Assembly (NCBI GenBank): GCA_030826765.1
Contig: JAUUDM010000025.1
Span: 5,365-69,364 of the forward strand
Reading direction: 5' to 3'
Length of the DNA: 64,000 nucleotides
From: Nautiliales bacterium
Lineage (GTDB): Bacteria > Campylobacterota > Campylobacteria > Campylobacterales > JAADDX01
A program made the translations under genes and the position numbers. Under the pieces are notes generated by a model, which searched no databases, was not told the origin of the DNA, and was given only the letters and a program-made list of their open reading frames with translations. Shown piece by piece: positions 44,554 to 50,783 of this stretch; positions within the stretch are counted from its first letter, which is position 1; every line of letters starts with the position of its first letter.

Positions 44554-45295
44554 TACTATCCCCTTTTAAAAATGCTTGAACTATCTTATTTTCACTTTTT
44601 TGAAACTCTTTTGGTGGTGCAAATTCAATAATTTCACCATTATAAAGCATACCTACATAATCGGCTATTTTAAAACTCTCTTTTAAATCGTGGCTAATTA
44701 CAATTGATGTAACTCCAAGCTTTTCTTGAAGCATCATCGTCATTTGGGAAATTAAATCACTAATTATCGGGTCTAACCCACTTGTTGGCTCATCATATAA
44801 AATTATTTTAGGCTCAAGAATAATGGCTCTTGCAGTAGCTGCTCTTTTTCTCATACCACCACTAAGCTCAAAAGGATAAAGTTTTGCTACCCTCTCACTA
44901 TCAAATCCTACCATATCAAGTTTTTCAAAAACTTTCTCTCTAATCTCATCTTCGCTAAATTTTGTATGCTCTCTAAGTGGAAACGCAACATTATCATAAA
45001 CATTCATACTATCAAACATTGCTCCCTCTTGAAATAGAAATCCAATCTTTTTACGTGTTTCAAAAATCTCTTTTTCGTTCGCTTTTGCAACATCAATTCC
45101 ATCTACAATTATTTCTCCACTATCTGGTTTCAAAAGTGAAACAATATGTTTAATAATAGTTGATTTACCCTGCCCTGAAAGTCCTAAAACGACTACAGTA
45201 CTCCCTTTTGGAATAGTTAAGTTTACATCTTTCAAAACTACTTTTGTTCCAAAGCTTTTTCTAAGATGATTTATTTCTATAATATTTTCATTCAT
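44537..45295 (-). CDS. ABC transporter ATP-binding protein (MlaF-like), no adjacent permease gene
   Basis: 252 aa with Walker A GLSGQGKST, signature LSGGMRKRAATARA and Walker B ILYDEPTSGLD. Confidence 0.88.
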   Translation of the reverse strand: MNENIIEINHLRKSFGTKVVLKDVNLTIPKGSTVVVLGLSGQGKSTIIKHIVSLLKPDSGEIIVDGIDVAKANEKEIFETRKKIGFLFQEGAMFDSMNVYDNVAFPLREHTKFSEDEIREKVFEKLDMVGFDSERVAKLYPFELSGGMRKRAATARAIILEPKIILYDEPTSGLDPIISDLISQMTMMLQEKLGVTSIVISHDLKESFKIADYVGMLYNGEIIEFAPPKEFQKSENKIVQAFLKGDSSAFDI

Positions 45296-45355
45296 TCTTT
45301 CTCCTCATAATGAAGTTATATACCTTCATTTCTCATTATAAAGCCTTTTAATATA
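45294..45355. repeat. direct repeat copy 1: decayed duplicate of the mutS7 3' end
   Basis: attctttctcctcataatgaagttatataccttcatttctcattataaagccttttaatata matches 48026-48086 (first 24 nt identical, then 5 substitutions and 1 indel). In the mutS7 frame it reads GFIMRNEGI-stop-LHYEEKE-stop. Confidence 0.85.
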
Positions 45356-45359
45356 AACA

Positions 45360-45368
45360 ATTATATCA
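45360..45368 (-). promoter_or_regulatory. extended -10 box TGATATAAT at the cassette edge, reading out into the ABC ATPase operon
   Basis: The reverse complement of attatatca is tgatataat (TGnTATAAT). It lies 64 nt upstream of the ATG at 45295, just outside repeat copy 1. Confidence 0.45.
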
Positions 45369-45387
45369 AAAACCTATAACTTTTTTA

Positions 45388-46119
45388 TTAACTCTCAAAT
45401 CCTGTTGCTATAATTGTTAATTTTATTTCATCATCTGCAAGTAAATCATCATCAGTTTCGCCTTGGATAATAGTTACATCTTCTTTATCAATAAATTCTC
45501 CTAAAACTGATTCAAGCGCATTATCAAAATCAATCATTGGATAATTTTCATTCGTAGTTACACTGATTAATAATCCTTTTGCATTCATAATATCAATATC
45601 ATCAAGTGGTGAAAATTTTATAGCTTCATTTAATACTTCATAAGCAGAATTTTTACCTAATTTATGAGCTTTACTTGCAAATGCTATTTCTCCATTACTC
45701 ATTAGATGTTTAAAATCATTAAAATCAACCTTTAAATTATTTTCCCCAATAAGCATATTTATAATTTCATTTACAACTTCAATAGCAAAATTCTTTGAGT
45801 TTGAAATTGTAATTACTGTATCACAATATTTTTTTAAAAAATTTAATTCATTATTAACAACACCTATTGTTAAAACGTCTATATCTTTTGAAATCTGAGT
45901 AATTAAATTTATAATTTCTTTTTCTATTTTGTTATCAATAATAATAAAAATTAAATCAGCTTCTATAAGAAATTTTTTAATTTTTAAAGATTCTATATCT
46001 TTATTTATGGTTATAATTTCTACATTCTCTTTTTCTATAATAGAATCAAAAATATTATTAACAATATTGCCTACACTAACTATTTTTATTTTTAAATCTT
46101 TTTGAAAAATATTATTCAT
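45388..46119 (-). CDS. truncated FtsZ/tubulin-family homologue lacking all GTP-binding motifs (pseudo-GTPase)
   Basis: 243 aa, collinear with FtsZ. [14 protein letters not shown] aligns to [50 protein letters not shown] aligns to [50 protein letters not shown] aligns to [31 protein letters not shown] aligns to [31 protein letters not shown] aligns to ELRVTVVATG. Confidence 0.7.
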   Translation of the reverse strand: [243 protein letters not shown]

Positions 46120-46130
46120 TTTAAAATTAC

Positions 46131-46442
46131 TTATATTTTATAATGTTCATCGTCTGCAAATTCATACTTCTTTATTTTAAAAAAATCTATAATCATTTTT
46201 TTATATTCTTCATTCGCAATGATTTTTTTAGCTGCATATATAATAAACTTTTTATTATATGTATTATAAACAATCCTACCTCTTGGAAACTTATCATATC
46301 TATCAATATCAAATCCCATTTTCTCCCATTCAAAAAAATGAGAAAAATCACTATCTTTAAATCCTTTAATTTCCTCAACTTTTGATAATTTAATTCTTTT
46401 AGCTAATAAAAATTCGTCAATAATCCAAAAAATTCCTATCAT
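46131..46442 (-). CDS. small hypothetical protein (cassette gene 3)
   Basis: 103 aa with SHFFEWEKMG, FPRGRIVYN and a C-terminal ADDEHY. It has an ATGA overlap with the upstream gene. I recognise no family. Confidence 0.65.
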   Translation of the reverse strand: MIGIFWIIDEFLLAKRIKLSKVEEIKGFKDSDFSHFFEWEKMGFDIDRYDKFPRGRIVYNTYNKKFIIYAAKKIIANEEYKKMIIDFFKIKKYEFADDEHYKI

Positions 46443-47140
46443 TCTTTTTCTTTTAAACTAAAATAATTATTAACTTGATTTATTATCTCTTTTTGTTGTT
46501 TTTCCACTAATTCTAAAGGTATTGTTTTTTCATACTCCCTTATCATAGCCCCTGCTCCCATCGCTTGAGCACTACTTGAAAAAACTTCAATAAAATCTGT
46601 TTTATTTTGAATATTTTCTAAAACAAACAACTCTCCATTTATAAAAATAGTAAATTTTTTATTATCAATTTCTTGAATTTTCCCAAAACTAAGAGGATTA
46701 TTGTAACATTTATTAGTTCCTATTAAATATCCTTTTATTTTTGTTTCTTGATTTAAAGCACCTTGTGGCAAAAACAATACACTATCTTGTTTATATTTAA
46801 CTCCTAATTCAATCAAATCTTCTTTTAATTTAGCTTTTTTATCTTTATCTACTACAAATATTACTGCTAAATTTTTTTCATTTAATTTAACAGAAGCTGA
46901 TAAAAGATAATATTTTTTTCTTGAAAGTTCAATCAATAATGCTATTGCTCTTTTGCTTTCTTTAACTTCTTTTTCAGTTAAAATACTTGGCTCTTCTTTA
47001 ATAATTCCCCCAAGTTCATCTGTTTGACAAGGAAAATGATCATCTCTAAAACCACAATTATTATATTTTCTATAAGAAGTTATTACTCCACAATCAAATT
47101 TATTATTCCATTCTTCTAAAGTCATTTTCTTTTGTTGCAT
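46439..47140 (-). CDS. hypothetical protein, N-terminal half DUF3293-like (cassette gene 2)
   Basis: 233 aa. GVITSYR...SKRAIALLIELSRKKYYLL...LAVIFVV...LIELGVKYKQDSVLFL is reminiscent of the DUF3293 pattern (ITAxNP...N..R..L...E.SF.V...Q.A). It has a TAATG overlap with the upstream gene. Confidence 0.65.
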   Translation of the reverse strand: MQQKKMTLEEWNNKFDCGVITSYRKYNNCGFRDDHFPCQTDELGGIIKEEPSILTEKEVKESKRAIALLIELSRKKYYLLSASVKLNEKNLAVIFVVDKDKKAKLKEDLIELGVKYKQDSVLFLPQGALNQETKIKGYLIGTNKCYNNPLSFGKIQEIDNKKFTIFINGELFVLENIQNKTDFIEVFSSSAQAMGAGAMIREYEKTIPLELVEKQQKEIINQVNNYFSLKEKE

Positions 47141-47913
47141 TAAGATTCCTTTATCAATTCAAATTCACCTGCATGATTATTACAAAATTTTTCAATATCT
47201 CCTTTTAAATTTTCTTTACTTAAAATTAAATAAACTCTATCAGATTTAAATTTAATGGTATAAAAAAAATTATAATTATTTTTTATAAGATTTTTATCTT
47301 TTAACTCTCGTTCTTTTTTATCTATAAATATTTTATGTTTATTTTTATCTCTTATAAGATGTTGATAAATCACGACTATTTTATGATTTTCTAAAAGTTT
47401 ATCTATTTCATCAAAAAAAATATATTTACCATTTTTTATTTTTTGTTTTGCATGTGTTTTTTCTGAATAAACTTTAATTTGAGTTCCATTATCTGGGTCA
47501 GCAAATACAACATCACAATCTTTGACTTGTTCTAAAGCTTTTTTAAACCACTCTTTTCTATATTCTTCTCTTTTTTTATAATTTGAAAAAAAAGAATTAC
47601 AATCTTTATCTATACATTCATTAAAAAAAGTTATTTTTAATTTATTTTCTAATTCATTTTCTAATTTTTGAATATTTCTTTTATCTTCTTCAATTTTAGA
47701 AAATTTTTTCATTATATTTACTATTTCTTTATCATTTAAATCATAATTTTCATAATTTCTAAATTTACCATCACCATTGCCTTCATTTGGATATAAATAC
47801 CAAATAATTCCAATTTTTTTATCTTTAAATAAATTTCTAATTAAAACAAATTTACTATAATCTCCAATATCTCCAACATATCTATTTTGCATTTTATTTC
47901 CTTTTAGTTTCAT
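47140..47913 (-). CDS. RlmJ/TcmP-like Rossmann-type protein with DPDN instead of DPPY (cassette gene 1)
   Basis: 257 aa. Four collinear blocks match my memory of RlmJ: VGDIGDYSKF vs AGNHADVLKH; YLYPNEGNGDGKF vs YLDTHAGAGRY; VVFADPDNG vs LILIDPPYE; VVIYQH vs YALWYP. An alternative start is the ATG at 47892, which has the better SD aaaggaaat. Confidence 0.6.
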   Translation of the reverse strand: MKLKGNKMQNRYVGDIGDYSKFVLIRNLFKDKKIGIIWYLYPNEGNGDGKFRNYENYDLNDKEIVNIMKKFSKIEEDKRNIQKLENELENKLKITFFNECIDKDCNSFFSNYKKREEYRKEWFKKALEQVKDCDVVFADPDNGTQIKVYSEKTHAKQKIKNGKYIFFDEIDKLLENHKIVVIYQHLIRDKNKHKIFIDKKERELKDKNLIKNNYNFFYTIKFKSDRVYLILSKENLKGDIEKFCNNHAGEFELIKES

Positions 47914-48023
47914 ATGTCCTTATAACTATATAGTATGTGTAGTGCTAATTTTTTAACCCCTTTTTGAATAAAGTTAAGAAATTGTTTTATGAAAGTTACA
48001 AAAAGTAACAAGTTTTTAAAAAA

Positions 48024-50783
48024 TTATTCTTTCTCCTCATAATGAAGTTGTATACCTTCGCTTGTCATCATAAAGCCTTTTATATCCAATTTTCCTTCGT
48101 GTGCTAACTTGTGATGATATTTACAAAGTGGTATTAAATTATATTTATGATGTTTTTGAAATTCATTTTCAATAGTAGATTTTAGCTTTATATGATGAAC
48201 CTCATCAGCAGGTCTCCCACAGATTGCACAAGTAGTAACTAAAACATCTTTATTGTAAATTGACTTTTTATTTTTGGTTAAAAGTTCTAATTCATTATAT
48301 TCGTTTGTTACTTTTTTTCTAATCTCATTTGCTATTTTTAAAAACTCTTCATCCATATAAAGACTTTTTGCAAACTCAAGCCCATAAACACTACTTCCAC
48401 TTCCATCTTGTAATATTCTATTATAGATTAATTTTTGAGATTTTTCATCGAAATATACTTCTAAATGTTTAGCTACTACATTTTTTAAAGCTTTTATTTC
48501 ATCTAAATTCATTAATTGATGTAAGTGTGTAGCAAAAATAAAATTTGCTCTAATTTTAGATAACTTTATAACAGCACTTGCAACTATACTCAAAGCTGAT
48601 AAAGTTTCAGTTCCGTGAGAAATTTCATCACCTAAAACTAATGAATTTGAATTTGCTCTTTTGAATATATTTTTAAGTTCCATCATCTCTACTGCAAATG
48701 TAGATAAGCCTTTACTTAGATTATCTTTTGAAATAATTCTTGTAAAAATAGAATCAAATAAAGAAAATTCCATTTTAGTAGCCGGTACAAAAAATCCACT
48801 TTGAGCTAAAACTACACAAATTCCTATACTTTTCATAAGCGAACTTTTTCCACTTGAATTAATTCCATACAAAAGCATTCCATCATATTTATTGAAATCT
48901 ACATCATTTGGAACATATATTCCATTTTCTTGATTAATTTCAATTAAAGGATGACGGGCTTCTTTTATTTTTAATTTACAATTTTTAATTATTGGCTTTG
49001 AATAATCATACTTTTTAGCAATTTTTGCACTACTTAAAGCTATGTCAACTTCAGATATTTTTGTAGCTAATTCATTTAAAAAACTATATTTTTTTTCAAA
49101 TTCAGATAACTTTTCTAAAAATAGTTCCGAAGTTAAATTAATCAATTTTTGTCTAATAATTACTATTTCATTACTTATTTCATCAATAATTGAACCTGTT
49201 ATTTTCACACTATTTGTAAAAGTTTTAATATTAAAATCTTTAAAAAAATAATTATTACCATCAATTTCTATGAAAGTATCATTAAATTTATCTTTTATTA
49301 AATTAAATCTTGTTTTAGTTAAACTTAAATAATGTCCTTCTTTATCAAGTTCATTTATATTTAACTTCACATTTCCTTCAAAAAGAGATTCTATTTTTTT
49401 AGCAATAAGTTCTAAATTTTTATTTAACTTCTCTATTTTATTTGTATAATCATCTAAAGTTTTAGAATATCCATTTTTAAAAATTGACTCTTTTATATCA
49501 TTAAACATAACTTTAGCTGACTTTTCTAAATCAAATGTTTGCTTAATATCAAACAAAAACTCTTCTATTTTTGAAGTATCTTTATTTAAAAACATATATA
49601 TTTTTTTACTATTTTCTAAAGAACTATATAAATAATTTATTTCAAAGGGATGAAGCTTAGACAATTTTATTTTTCTATCTAATCTTTCAATATCATAAAT
49701 CTCATTGATTAAATTTTCAAATTTATCACCCTCTTTTAACATAAACTCAACTGCTTTATATCTTTTTTTGAGCTCTTTTTCATCTTTTATTGGATTAAAA
49801 AATCTCTGTTTTATAAGCCTTTTCCCCATTGGTGTAGAAGTTTTATCAATAAGTTTTAATACATCATCCAAATCAAGCTGTACTATTGGATTATTTCCAA
49901 AATATAAATATTTATCATTTTCTATAACTTTTGGTAAATCTATTTTTTGAATAATTTTATAATTATGAGCTATTATAAATTCAAGTAAAATAGCAAAACT
50001 TTCACTCGCTAGTGGAAGTGATTCTAAATTCAAAGATTCAATTGGACTTAAAAGTGATTTTATATTATAAACTTTTTTAAGAAGTTCATTTTGGTAAGTT
50101 ATTTTCACTCTTTTAGATGAATAAATTAAATTTATATTTTTTAGCTCTAAATAATTAATTATTTCATCACACTCAACACTCTTATCCAAAGTCAAAATAA
50201 ATTCTTTACTTTTATAAGTTTGGATAAGTTTAAAAAGCTCATCTAAAGCAAATGTTTTATCTTCATTTGTAGAATATGCTTCAAAAATATTGGTTTTTCC
50301 AGTAGTTATATCTACATTTGCATACCCTATGTGATAAATATCTTTTATTTTTTCAATAATTATACTTGTTACATAATTTTCTTCTTTTTTTACATAATCA
50401 AAATTGACTCCTGGAGAAATTATATCGCTTATATATCTTGTGACTTTTGGTGGAGTTCCCTTTTGTTTGATTAAAATGATTGTATACTTTTCTTCATCTA
50501 TAAGTTTTTGTATATATCTATCAAGTGCATGATTTGGAAATCCAGCTAAAAGTGGATTTTTATCATTAACTTCTATAATTGATTTATTTTTTCTTGTAAG
50601 CTGAATATTTAAAAGCTCTGCAACTTCTTTGGCTTTGCCAATCCCATTTGATTCATATACTTCAAAGAATGTCCCTATTTCCATCAAAACTAAAGGATTT
50701 GGATATTTACTCTCAAAATATTTTTGCAAATCAAAATAAATTTGAGTTAAAAGTTTATTTGAATTTAATATCTTATTTATCAC
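48024..50783 (-). CDS. MutS-family ATPase with C-terminal HNH endonuclease (MutS7 type)
   Basis: 919 aa. N-terminal mismatch-domain motif GTFFEVYE (Phe-x-Glu). Walker A GINSSGKSSLMKS, Walker B LVLGDEISHGTE, and FATHLHQL. C-terminal HNH block CAICGRPADEVHHIK...NLIPLCKYHHKLAHEG. Confidence 0.88.
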   Translation of the reverse strand: MINKILNSNKLLTQIYFDLQKYFESKYPNPLVLMEIGTFFEVYESNGIGKAKEVAELLNIQLTRKNKSIIEVNDKNPLLAGFPNHALDRYIQKLIDEEKYTIILIKQKGTPPKVTRYISDIISPGVNFDYVKKEENYVTSIIIEKIKDIYHIGYANVDITTGKTNIFEAYSTNEDKTFALDELFKLIQTYKSKEFILTLDKSVECDEIINYLELKNINLIYSSKRVKITYQNELLKKVYNIKSLLSPIESLNLESLPLASESFAILLEFIIAHNYKIIQKIDLPKVIENDKYLYFGNNPIVQLDLDDVLKLIDKTSTPMGKRLIKQRFFNPIKDEKELKKRYKAVEFMLKEGDKFENLINEIYDIERLDRKIKLSKLHPFEINYLYSSLENSKKIYMFLNKDTSKIEEFLFDIKQTFDLEKSAKVMFNDIKESIFKNGYSKTLDDYTNKIEKLNKNLELIAKKIESLFEGNVKLNINELDKEGHYLSLTKTRFNLIKDKFNDTFIEIDGNNYFFKDFNIKTFTNSVKITGSIIDEISNEIVIIRQKLINLTSELFLEKLSEFEKKYSFLNELATKISEVDIALSSAKIAKKYDYSKPIIKNCKLKIKEARHPLIEINQENGIYVPNDVDFNKYDGMLLYGINSSGKSSLMKSIGICVVLAQSGFFVPATKMEFSLFDSIFTRIISKDNLSKGLSTFAVEMMELKNIFKRANSNSLVLGDEISHGTETLSALSIVASAVIKLSKIRANFIFATHLHQLMNLDEIKALKNVVAKHLEVYFDEKSQKLIYNRILQDGSGSSVYGLEFAKSLYMDEEFLKIANEIRKKVTNEYNELELLTKNKKSIYNKDVLVTTCAICGRPADEVHHIKLKSTIENEFQKHHKYNLIPLCKYHHKLAHEGKLDIKGFMMTSEGIQLHYEEKE
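48026..48086. repeat. direct repeat copy 2: functional 3' end of mutS7
   Basis: attctttctcctcataatgaagttgtataccttcgcttgtcatcataaagccttttatatc. It encodes ...GFMMTSEGIQLHYEEKE-TAA and lies 2732 bp from copy 1. Confidence 0.85.

Larger units (their letters stand above)
45356..48025 (-). other. inserted four-gene accessory cassette (genomic islet) between the two repeat copies
   Basis: Bounded by the 61-bp direct repeats. It carries four co-oriented coupled ORFs, its own upstream spacer and an outward promoter. It is visibly more AT-rich than the flanks and has no mobility gene. Confidence 0.65.

Noticed and set aside
47995-48009. GTTAC-aaaaa-GTAAC palindrome considered as the mutS7 rho-independent terminator.
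   Set aside because: A 5-bp AT-rich stem is too weak to call a terminator. It is kept only as a possible operator or junction feature within the cassette-leader finding.
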